Shown piece after piece: positions 29,796 to 38,714 of a stretch of DNA of 64,000 nucleotides (position 1 is the stretch's first letter; the number at the start of each line of letters is the position of its first letter). The stretch is from contig CAVOYH010000004.1 in assembly GCA_963700635.1 (NCBI GenBank), positions 1 through 64,000 on the forward strand. The letters run 5' to 3'. A program made the position numbers and the translations under genes. This DNA is from an uncultured Bacteroidota bacterium (GTDB taxonomy: Bacteria; Bacteroidota; Ignavibacteria; UBA10030; UBA6906). Under the pieces are notes generated by a model that saw nothing but the letters and a program-made list of their open reading frames with translations, made no database searches and was not told the origin of the DNA.

Positions 29796-30712
29796 GACGA
29801 CCGAATAGGACACAGCTCAAACACGACATCGCGGGGTATGCCTTCATCGCCCCATGGTTGATCGGCTTTGTGCTCCTAACGGCCGGACCGATGGCCGTTT
29901 CTGTGTTTCTCAGCGGGACATCCTGGACCATGTTGTCACCGCCCGTAGGCGTCGGGATGTCAAATTATGAGACGATTCTTGTCGAGGATGAATTATTTCT
30001 TACAAGTTTACTGAATACGCTCTACTATGTTGTCTTGTCTGTACCCCTCGGTCTCCTGGTGTCACTGATGCTGGCGATGTTGCTCCATCAGCGTGTGCGG
30101 GGGATGTCATTGTTCCGCACAATCTTTTTCCTCCCCTCGATCACAAACATGGTCGCGGTGTCCATGCTCTGGCTCTGGGTCTTTAATCCCGAATTCGGGC
30201 TCCTGAACGCGATGCTGGAGCTTGTCGGTATCAGGGGACCGTTATGGCTTCAGAGTGAATCCTGGGCGAAGCCATCACTGATTATCATGTCCCTCTGGGG
30301 TGTTGGCGGAACGATGATAGTGTTTCTGGCTGCGCTGCAGGGTATTCCGCAGGAGCTTTACGAGGCGGCGGACCTTGATGGGGCGGGACGGTTCGACCGG
30401 TTCAAGCATATCACGCTCCCGATGATCTCACCTGCCATGCTCTTTAATTTGATTATCGGGGTGATCGGCAGCTTTCAGGTCTTCACGCAGGCATACGTCA
30501 TGACCGGGACCGCGCAACCGGGAAGCGAAGGGGGACCGAATAATGCGACCCTCTTTGTGGTGTTGTATCTGTACAAAAAAGCATTTCAGGAATTTCGCAT
30601 GGGATACGCATCAGCTCTTGCCTGGATTCTGTTCTTTATTATTCTGGCGGTGACGCTGGTCCAGATGCGGTATTCGAAACGCTGGGTACATTATGAAGCG
30701 GGGGAACGGTGA
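29792..30712 (+). CDS. Carbohydrate ABC transporter permease (CUT1, MalF/UgpA-like)
   Basis: FRTIFFLP, EAA loop LYEAADLDGA, HITLP, MGYASA; multiple TM segments. Confidence 0.95.
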   Translation: MRRPNRTQLKHDIAGYAFIAPWLIGFVLLTAGPMAVSVFLSGTSWTMLSPPVGVGMSNYETILVEDELFLTSLLNTLYYVVLSVPLGLLVSLMLAMLLHQRVRGMSLFRTIFFLPSITNMVAVSMLWLWVFNPEFGLLNAMLELVGIRGPLWLQSESWAKPSLIIMSLWGVGGTMIVFLAALQGIPQELYEAADLDGAGRFDRFKHITLPMISPAMLFNLIIGVIGSFQVFTQAYVMTGTAQPGSEGGPNNATLFVVLYLYKKAFQEFRMGYASALAWILFFIILAVTLVQMRYSKRWVHYEAGER

Positions 30713-31578
30713 TGGGTCACGGATCGTTCTGGAATACCCTTGCGACATCGACTGCGCGTTATGTGATCCTCTATGGTACCCTGCTCGTCCTGAGTGGCGC
30801 ATTTCTTCTTCCCCTGCTCTGGATGCTTTCGGTGTCGGTGCAGGATGTGGAAGGCGTGTTCGCTCAACCGTTCCGGTGGATCCCCGACCAACCCCGGTGG
30901 GAAAACTTCCGGGACGCCGTTACGTTATTCCCGTTCGGCCGTTATCTGGCAAACACCACAGTCATTACTGTGTCGGTGGTGGTCTTTACGCTTCTCTCTT
31001 CATCACTTGTGGCGTACGGGTTTTCGCGCGTACGGTTCCGCGGGCGGAACGCCCTTTTTGCGGTGTGCCTCTCGACGATGATGTTGCCCGGCCAGGTGAC
31101 CATGATCCCTCTCTATGTTGCGTATGCGCGTTTGGGCTGGATTGACACATGGTACCCGCTCATTGTGCCGGCATTGTTCGGTTCGCCCTTTTATATCTTT
31201 CTCCTGCGGCAATTCTTCCTCACCATTCCCCGGGAGTATGATGAGGCAGCCGTGCTCGACGGTGCTGGAAAATTGAGAATCTACTGGAGTATTATTCTGC
31301 CTCTTGCCCGTCCGGGACTCGCAACGGTGGCACTTTTCAGTTTTGTTGGTACGTGGAATGACTTCTTTGGTCCGCTCATCTATATCAACAGCCCTGAGAA
31401 AGCCACGTTGACGCTCGGTCTGCAGATGTTGAAGGCGCAGATCGTCGGAACGGGTACAGTGGAATGGCATATCCTTATGGCCGCTTCACTTCTGGTGATG
31501 ATTCCGAATGTTATCGTCTTTTTCCTGGCACAGAAACATTTTGTCAAAGGGCTCCAGATGGGAGGGCTCCGCGGATGA
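30709..31578 (+). CDS. Carbohydrate ABC transporter permease (CUT1, MalG/UgpE-like)
   Basis: FLLRQFFLTIP, DEAAVLDGAG, WNDFFGPL. Confidence 0.95.
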   Translation: MMGHGSFWNTLATSTARYVILYGTLLVLSGAFLLPLLWMLSVSVQDVEGVFAQPFRWIPDQPRWENFRDAVTLFPFGRYLANTTVITVSVVVFTLLSSSLVAYGFSRVRFRGRNALFAVCLSTMMLPGQVTMIPLYVAYARLGWIDTWYPLIVPALFGSPFYIFLLRQFFLTIPREYDEAAVLDGAGKLRIYWSIILPLARPGLATVALFSFVGTWNDFFGPLIYINSPEKATLTLGLQMLKAQIVGTGTVEWHILMAASLLVMIPNVIVFFLAQKHFVKGLQMGGLRG

Positions 31579-32921
31579 AGTATGGAGGCGTGTTCTGTGT
31601 ATTGCTCGGTATTATGACGGTGGGTGGGTGTGGCACCGGCGATCAGCCGCAGAAGGGGACTGTTGTGTACAACTGCCCGGCAAATGCAGCCGAAGTGGCT
31701 GTTCTGCAGAAAGAAATCCCCCAATTTGCCGAGACCTCCGGCGTCACGATCACATTACATCCGTTTACGGGCCAGGAGAAACTGTATGCAATGATGGCCG
31801 CGGGACAGGCCCCCGACATCTTTTATACAAGCGGGACCATTCGCGACCAGCTGGCGGCGGAAGGTCGGCTGCTTGATCTCCGCCTGGTAAGTGAGGGGGA
31901 TCCCTTCGTGGACCGTCTCTGGCCGCACATCAGAGAGAACAGCATTTCCCCGGACGGAGGATGGTATAGTATCGGGAACTGGGAATTTACATGCGGTGTA
32001 TACTACCGGAAAGATTTTTTTGATGCCGCCGGGATTGCCTATCCGGACACGGCCTGGACGTGGGATGATTGTGTTGCGGCAGCACGGGCCCTGACGGTGC
32101 GCCGGACCCCTTCGGAACCCCCCTCGCGGTACGGGATCTTCATCGGCAGTCACTTTATTGAAGCCCTCGAAATGATGAACGGAAGTCGGTTTCCTCCTCA
32201 TGCCCTTACCGTGACCATCCCGGAGAGCTCCCTTGAAATCTACCGCAAGTATATCGCACTGATGGATGCGGAACTTATGCCTGATGTGCGGCGCATTCAG
32301 GCAATGGGAATGCAGGCACCTCAACTCTTGCAGACCGGACGCATAGCCATGCTCGTCGAGGCAGTTCCTCATCAGACGCTCATCGAAACGTTATCGGTGC
32401 CCTGGGGACTCGCGCCGCTTCCACGCTTTTCGGGAAAGACGCCTGCATACTTCAGATCGGCAAGCGGCGGACTTTCGGTCTCATCGACGACTGCCGATCC
32501 CCGGTCAACGTGGAAAGCGCTCGTCTGGATCATCGGCGGCGCAAGCATCTATCAACCCAACCCGGTACTACGCGACGTAAACTTCGTGTCGGGCTGGGAA
32601 CGGCGCTATCCAGCGCTCGTAGGGAGCGGATTCCGGGAAGTGTGGGACCTGAGCCTTGCGCGCAACGGGGGGGATCCTCGATTTTTTGTCCGTTACTCCA
32701 CCTGGAGCTCGGGCCCGATACTGGAGAAGTTACAGCCCGTCCTGGACCAACTCTGGGCACGAAAACTTCCGGTTGAAGATCTGAACAAGACTGTACACAC
32801 GATTAATGCAAGTGTCCGCATGCAGCTCGAGGGGATCCTCCGACACAGGAACCTCCTCCCTGCATTCCGCGACAACCTCGAGCACGCCATGGAGCAGCTG
32901 GATGAGTCACCTGCGCGTTGA
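31575..32921 (+). CDS. Sugar ABC transporter substrate-binding lipoprotein
   Basis: ATGA overlap; lipobox VGGC; AAGQAPDI, YYRKDFFDAAGI, WTWDD, GRIAM. Confidence 0.88.
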   Translation: MKYGGVFCVLLGIMTVGGCGTGDQPQKGTVVYNCPANAAEVAVLQKEIPQFAETSGVTITLHPFTGQEKLYAMMAAGQAPDIFYTSGTIRDQLAAEGRLLDLRLVSEGDPFVDRLWPHIRENSISPDGGWYSIGNWEFTCGVYYRKDFFDAAGIAYPDTAWTWDDCVAAARALTVRRTPSEPPSRYGIFIGSHFIEALEMMNGSRFPPHALTVTIPESSLEIYRKYIALMDAELMPDVRRIQAMGMQAPQLLQTGRIAMLVEAVPHQTLIETLSVPWGLAPLPRFSGKTPAYFRSASGGLSVSSTTADPRSTWKALVWIIGGASIYQPNPVLRDVNFVSGWERRYPALVGSGFREVWDLSLARNGGDPRFFVRYSTWSSGPILEKLQPVLDQLWARKLPVEDLNKTVHTINASVRMQLEGILRHRNLLPAFRDNLEHAMEQLDESPAR

Positions 32922-34341
32922 ACAGACAGGTCCGGCGGATTGCCGTGTGTGGGCCGGTGAAATACAGCTCGCGGAAATCCGGAATCTCCGGCTTTCATTT
33001 CTGCGCCTCCGCGAACGTGGCGCGCAGCTTGTGGGTACGGACGTGCCACTCCCGCTCTTCTGGGAACAATATGCAGATCACGAAAATCCGGAACGGAATA
33101 CCTCGAGCGGAGCGCGTGTATCCGTTGAACAGCGGGCTGCGTACGACGGACCGGTGTCCGCCATGCAGCACACGGACGAGGATGTATCAGGTGGGCGGAC
33201 GGAATTGATGGACGGGCCGGTGTCGCTTCTCTGCCGGGGAACGACGGCGTCAGGATCAGTTCGCAGCGTCTACCGTCTGACTTTCGCCCGGACAGGCCAG
33301 GCACACTATGATCTTCTCATCCATGCCCGGTTCGAGGTGGTGGAAGGCCTGAGCTGGCTCATTACACCAAATCCTCATCACGGGGAGATAGAATTCTGCA
33401 ACCTCTGGCCGGCAGGATCTTTCTCGGCCATCGGAGGAGAGAGCAAGCGTTATACGACGACAGCAGTCCGGCGGGGCGAACACATTACCTTGATCCCGCA
33501 TAACCATCTGGAATCGGCGGAGAAGCACAATATCCCCCTTCATAAAGGCGACCGCATTGCGTGGCTCCTTGAGGACGAGAACCCGGTGCTTACTCTCGAA
33601 TCGGAGCAGGCTGTTTCAGCCGGACTGTGTGCCTACATGTGGGATATGCATCTTGCCTACAAAGTGTGCGAAGCCGGAACTCCACTTTTGCTGCCGCCCG
33701 GATGTTCGATGGAAGCGCACTTCCGTCTGGCGAGTATGTCGCGGACCGAGTGTGAACATTGGCTGGAGATTGGCAGGAGGGACATTTCCCCTGAAGATGC
33801 ACTGACTCCGGTGTACGTGCGCGGGGTGAATACATTCCGTCAGACGATCGATTCGTCCCCTGAGAAGTCACATCTCCTTTGGCCCTGGGTGTTTCAGGCG
33901 GTGACCGGACCGGCGGGGAGTATCCGCGGGGAGGTCGACAGGTCGGTGGGTTTTGATGACAGTGCGTCTGTTTCCATACGGAGTACGGAGAATTCATCGG
34001 GGCGATGGGTTGCGACCACACTGGGGCCGGCCTTCGGGGACCCTGAATTTCGCTCTGGCAGGCGGTTCCGCCTTTCCGCGCGGGTTCGTACACTCAACCT
34101 GAACGGACAGGCTCGCATCGCCCTCCGGCTGCACAGAACCGGCAGCCCGGATCTCCATCGTCCGGATGGTTATGAAGAATTTGCGGGTGTGGGTGCGGGA
34201 ACCGGAACGTCCGGGTGGCAGGAACTCACCGTTGTCACGCCGCCCATCGTGCCGGAACCGGACCGTATTCACCTCCACCTTTTCCATGAAGGAAGTGGGA
34301 CAAGCTGGTTTGACAATGTCCTTTTCGAGGAGATTGACTGA
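32902..34341 (+). CDS. Hypothetical protein with C-terminal galactose-binding-like/CBM4-9-like domain
   Basis: ATG 32902 after GGAG; C-terminus with YRL-like FRLSARVRT, GTSGWQELTV, GTSWFDNVLFEE. Confidence 0.6.
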   Translation: MSHLRVEQTGPADCRVWAGEIQLAEIRNLRLSFLRLRERGAQLVGTDVPLPLFWEQYADHENPERNTSSGARVSVEQRAAYDGPVSAMQHTDEDVSGGRTELMDGPVSLLCRGTTASGSVRSVYRLTFARTGQAHYDLLIHARFEVVEGLSWLITPNPHHGEIEFCNLWPAGSFSAIGGESKRYTTTAVRRGEHITLIPHNHLESAEKHNIPLHKGDRIAWLLEDENPVLTLESEQAVSAGLCAYMWDMHLAYKVCEAGTPLLLPPGCSMEAHFRLASMSRTECEHWLEIGRRDISPEDALTPVYVRGVNTFRQTIDSSPEKSHLLWPWVFQAVTGPAGSIRGEVDRSVGFDDSASVSIRSTENSSGRWVATTLGPAFGDPEFRSGRRFRLSARVRTLNLNGQARIALRLHRTGSPDLHRPDGYEEFAGVGAGTGTSGWQELTVVTPPIVPEPDRIHLHLFHEGSGTSWFDNVLFEEID

Positions 34342-34344
34342 AAA

Positions 34345-36366
34345 ATGAAATCCCGTCGTACATCATTGCCCGTCTCGATCATGGTGTGGAGCATTCATGA
34401 CGAGCTCATCGAAAGCGCCGCCGTGCGCGAACAACAGTTCGGGGACCTTGTTGCAGCCGGATTTGATGGCGTTGCGGCATTCGTTCGATGCAGCAGGTAC
34501 ACCTGGGATACCCCGCTTGCGCGGGCAGCACTCGGCCACATCAGCCGCATGTGCCGCGCGTCGGACAAGCACCTCTGGATTGGTCCTGATCCGCGGTTCA
34601 TATCCCGGGCGCTGATCGGGCAGTGCGGAGGGACGGATCTCCTGTTGTTCGGTGATACCAGTCGCGCCGCAGTCGTACCCAACTTCGGCCCCATCGTCCA
34701 GGATCGTTTTGCTGTCCGGTGCGCTCTGCACCCTCGTCATGTGCACATGTTGAACGAGGTGGCCATTGAATATCAGCCTCTCGAAATCATGCGGGCGTAT
34801 GCGGTCCGGGATGGGAAGAACACATTTCAGCAGGGTGATATCCGGGATATTACGTCGCGCTGCCAGATGTTCTACAATGCGCGGGATCGTTATGTAGAAG
34901 CCTTCGGCGAATTCTCCCCGCCGGACATATCAGCGTGGAAGGTGCTTGTGTTTTTCCGTGTCCGATCGTCTCATGTGGACTACTCCAATCGGGCCCATAT
35001 GCGGGAATATGCGCGCCGCCTGGCTTCGCTCAAAAAGAACGGGATACAGGCGCAGGGATTGATGTGGGATGAGCCAGGATACACATGCACATACGGGAGT
35101 CTGCCGTTCACTCCCGTTCTGCGAAAGGCCTGCGCTGCCGCCCTGGGATTTCCCCTTGAACGGGTACTCTGGAAACTGGCTCTCGATGCTGCTGACGGTT
35201 CCCATGTCCACGTACGCCAATGGTATTATCGTGTCGTCCAACAATCGGTGGTCGATGCCCAGCGGTCGGCCAACAGAGTCATGCGCCGCATCTGGGGACC
35301 GCAATGTGTTGCGGGGATACACGATACATGGCACTTCGAGTCGGCAGATATGTGCGATATGAACCACGGCAGCATGGATCTCTGGAAGGGGGCTGAGACA
35401 AAAAGTGGAGGATTTGTGGATCTCGGAGGGGTGAATGACCTCCGAGAACCGTCATCCCGGCATTACGCAGATCTTGCCGCCCTGAGCGTGATCGCCGCGT
35501 CGCTGGGAAGGTTTACACCGGGTAAGTTTGCGTACAACAACCTGTGGACCGTGGGGGACGATGACGGAGAAGGGTGGCAGGAGACGGTCATGGACCATTG
35601 TGTTAATGTTATGGCCCTTTTCGGGACACGCTGGCTGGCGCACGCCTACGGGCCTGTGGGGACGGTGGGCGAGGAACGGTCGTTTCTGGGATCACCGCCG
35701 CTTCCAGGATATCCCGATCACAGTACCTGGCCGGCTTTTCCGCGCTGGAACAAGAGACTGCAAAGCCATTTTTCTGTTACCGGCGGCCACCTGCCCGAAA
35801 CGAATCTTCTCGTCGTCTATCCTGTGGATACGCTCTACGGGCTGGCGGATGAACGGGCCGATCGTGTCGCTGCAGATGTCTTCACGCTCCTGCTCGCTCT
35901 TGTTGACGCACACTACCAGCCGGACGTGATCTCTCCTGCGCGGGCGGCCCGGGGACGCTGGAAGAATGGCAAGTTCGTGATTGGCCGGTTCTCGTATGAT
36001 GCCGTCATTATGCCGTATACTCCGGATCCACGCAAAGAGCTGGTTTCGCTCTTCCGAAAACATGAATCCAGATTGCTCCACATCGATGATGCACCGCTGG
36101 AGCCGGGCGTGTTCCTGAAAAAAATCGAAACTCTTGGCGTAGACCGGCCAGTCCGGGGCCCGAAGCAGAGCTGGGTGAGTCTCACGCGCCTGCACAATGA
36201 AACCATTGTCACCCTCATTCCTTCACGACACGGGGGTTCCATAGAGGGTTTGGTACGCTATGGCGGCAGCCAGATGAGCGTGCCGCGGTCTGGAGGACTC
36301 GTGATCGTTCGCTTCCGGGATGACCAAGCGCCGGTGCTGGTACAATTGGGGAGCACGGGCGGATGA
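34345..36366 (+). CDS. Hypothetical glycoside-hydrolase-like protein (TIM barrel plus GATase-like domain; GH106/GH42-like architecture)
   Basis: 673-aa ORF; MWDEPGY, LLVVYP, YDAVIMP recall GH106/GH42-type proteins. Confidence 0.55.
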   Translation: MKSRRTSLPVSIMVWSIHDELIESAAVREQQFGDLVAAGFDGVAAFVRCSRYTWDTPLARAALGHISRMCRASDKHLWIGPDPRFISRALIGQCGGTDLLLFGDTSRAAVVPNFGPIVQDRFAVRCALHPRHVHMLNEVAIEYQPLEIMRAYAVRDGKNTFQQGDIRDITSRCQMFYNARDRYVEAFGEFSPPDISAWKVLVFFRVRSSHVDYSNRAHMREYARRLASLKKNGIQAQGLMWDEPGYTCTYGSLPFTPVLRKACAAALGFPLERVLWKLALDAADGSHVHVRQWYYRVVQQSVVDAQRSANRVMRRIWGPQCVAGIHDTWHFESADMCDMNHGSMDLWKGAETKSGGFVDLGGVNDLREPSSRHYADLAALSVIAASLGRFTPGKFAYNNLWTVGDDDGEGWQETVMDHCVNVMALFGTRWLAHAYGPVGTVGEERSFLGSPPLPGYPDHSTWPAFPRWNKRLQSHFSVTGGHLPETNLLVVYPVDTLYGLADERADRVAADVFTLLLALVDAHYQPDVISPARAARGRWKNGKFVIGRFSYDAVIMPYTPDPRKELVSLFRKHESRLLHIDDAPLEPGVFLKKIETLGVDRPVRGPKQSWVSLTRLHNETIVTLIPSRHGGSIEGLVRYGGSQMSVPRSGGLVIVRFRDDQAPVLVQLGSTGG

Positions 36367-38714
36367 TGCCAGTGCCCCGGCATATTGCACGGCTTCCGCT
36401 GACCCGACGCCAAGAGACTTCATCCGCGTACGAGTGCACGCTCCCGACCGGAGAGAAGATCTGGCGCCGGCTTTTGCTGATGATCCAGACCACGACGTAT
36501 CCTCTGGACCACCATTGCAGATATGTGCGACACCGGGGGGAGGAATTTCCCTATACCTTCTCGAACATGCGGTTCGAATCTTCGCCTCCGGGTTTAAGAG
36601 TGGGGCCCTGGCCGGGCTGGAGAGGGATTCCCCCCTTCCCAAAGATTGTAGTGTCTTGGATCGGGGGTCAGACCTCCGCGGTCGTACACTTCTGGGGGGA
36701 CGAAATCACCTGCAAGCACCTCCGGGCGGTGGCCTGGCTTCCGCCGGAATGCGCCGGGATACTGCGTTGCTCAGTACATGACAGCCGACTCCAACCGGAA
36801 TATGCCGATCTCTTTGATGACACGCCGATCCAGCTGCAGCCCATCCCGGTCGCTCTCCGGAAGGCGCTCCAGGGAGTCCATCCCCGTTTGCTGATAACCC
36901 CGGATCTTGTCACCGGGCTCGCGGCAAAGGCCTCCACGACTCACAAGGCTCACTGGGATCGGTTGCACGCTCTGATCGAAAATACGCAACTGCCGCCGGA
37001 ATTGACGCCTGAGTCCAAAACAGTGCCGGGGCCCGAACGGCTCCGTCCGGAAGACCGCGCCATGATCACCGCGCTGTTGGCGGTTGTGGATCCCGGCGCG
37101 TTGAATACCGGCCGCGCCCTCGCTGCCTACAGGGAATTTGTTCGTACGAGCCGGGAACCGGGATACAGTCCGCTGACGATCGATACCCAGGCCGGGGAAA
37201 CTTTATTCCTGCTGGTCCTTGGGTATGACTGGTTGTATTCCCTCCTGGATGAGCGGGAGCGGAGAGATGTGCGTGATTGGCTGTGGACTGTGGCCGCGAG
37301 AGTCCGGGAGTTCCTTCCGAACGATCGCCGGGATATTGCACAGGCGCACTATCTGGGTTGCGCACTGGGGTTGCTCGCATGTGCATTTGCCTTCTGGGAG
37401 GATCATCCGAAAGCGAAACAGTGGGCTGCGGAATTCCGTGGCGCGCTTGATGTGATCATGCGGATGCTGCCCGGGGATGGCTTTCACCCGCACGGGGCTA
37501 ACCTCTGGATTTATGAATATGGATTCCTCCTGCGCTGGCTGGAACTGTACCGCGTGTGCGCGGGCGAGAGCGTCTGGGATGTACCTCACTGGAAACACGC
37601 CTCCGCGTTCAGGTCCGCAGCCCTCTCGCCCGACGGACTCTACGGCATCTCGTTCGGTGATCCCCAATACCGGGTGGGTGGTGATAGCTGGTGCCACTAC
37701 CTGATTGCTTCGCGGACGCGATCCGCGGAGGCTCAGACCGTTGGCGATCTGCTGGTCGAGGGTCCGCACGCCGGCGTGGATTACAGGCACATACCACCCA
37801 GACGCCGGGTGTACGAGTTTTTGTTCTATGACCCAACCGTTTCATCCGAAATCTCCACATCATCGATCAACAACTTCTCCGACGGGGGGCAGCTCATTGC
37901 CCGGGGTGGTGGCAGCGCAGGCGCAGTGTTTACTGCCCGTGCTGGCCTGCCCCTCGGTGCCCAACGCTACCGGGGAGGGGAACGGGGTGGGTACGGACAT
38001 GCAGACCCCTGCAACGGATCGTTTCTCTGGTTCCGGCATGGCGAGTTTGCAGTATCAGGACCGGGACCAACGTATCGGCGCGACTCGGCTCTCCATAATG
38101 TTATCACGTTTGGAGGCCAGGGCCAGATCGGGGATGGAACGGTCTGGCTTCCCGATTTTTTTCCTCCGGCCATTCTCTGCCCGGCCCCACGTGTCCGGAT
38201 CCATGATGAATCTGCTTCTTTTGATGTCGAACTTGCTCCATCCTATCTTCCGCATCTTGGAGTGCAGACGTGCCACAGGGCGATGTGGGTACATCCGGAC
38301 AGCACCATCGTGGGTGTTGACACCGTGGAATGCCGGCAGGCATCGGACATCCAGTGGAACCTCCACAGCTGGGGGAAGTTTGTTCCCGCGGCATCGACGC
38401 AATTGTGTCGGTGGACAATTCACTGCCCCAGGGAAGAATTGTCGCTTTTCCTTCTCCATCCGGACCCGGGGGCGGCCTCGACAGGGTTGACATCGATGGT
38501 ACCGGCATACCCCCACGACGGCAAACGCGACCATTTTCTCCGGTGGCAGGTTCATCGTGCAAGAGTACAACTGTTCTGGTGCCTAACGGCGCTCGACACC
38601 CCGGTGGTTCCCCATGTGACAGTGGAGGATGGCAGTACGTTGATCAGAATAACAAACGACCTTCGCCTGAAATTTTTAGATGGACAGCTTGTCCCCGAGG
38701 GGGGCATATGCTAA
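36363..38714 (+). CDS. Heparinase II/III-like / DUF4962-type oligosaccharide lyase-like protein, cytoplasmic
   Basis: HPRLL, LGYDWLY, DG-x-G-x-W-x-Y, FGD, GHAD-x-GSF, HNVITF, QWNLH. Confidence 0.65.
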   Translation: MMPVPRHIARLPLTRRQETSSAYECTLPTGEKIWRRLLLMIQTTTYPLDHHCRYVRHRGEEFPYTFSNMRFESSPPGLRVGPWPGWRGIPPFPKIVVSWIGGQTSAVVHFWGDEITCKHLRAVAWLPPECAGILRCSVHDSRLQPEYADLFDDTPIQLQPIPVALRKALQGVHPRLLITPDLVTGLAAKASTTHKAHWDRLHALIENTQLPPELTPESKTVPGPERLRPEDRAMITALLAVVDPGALNTGRALAAYREFVRTSREPGYSPLTIDTQAGETLFLLVLGYDWLYSLLDERERRDVRDWLWTVAARVREFLPNDRRDIAQAHYLGCALGLLACAFAFWEDHPKAKQWAAEFRGALDVIMRMLPGDGFHPHGANLWIYEYGFLLRWLELYRVCAGESVWDVPHWKHASAFRSAALSPDGLYGISFGDPQYRVGGDSWCHYLIASRTRSAEAQTVGDLLVEGPHAGVDYRHIPPRRRVYEFLFYDPTVSSEISTSSINNFSDGGQLIARGGGSAGAVFTARAGLPLGAQRYRGGERGGYGHADPCNGSFLWFRHGEFAVSGPGPTYRRDSALHNVITFGGQGQIGDGTVWLPDFFPPAILCPAPRVRIHDESASFDVELAPSYLPHLGVQTCHRAMWVHPDSTIVGVDTVECRQASDIQWNLHSWGKFVPAASTQLCRWTIHCPREELSLFLLHPDPGAASTGLTSMVPAYPHDGKRDHFLRWQVHRARVQLFWCLTALDTPVVPHVTVEDGSTLIRITNDLRLKFLDGQLVPEGGIC

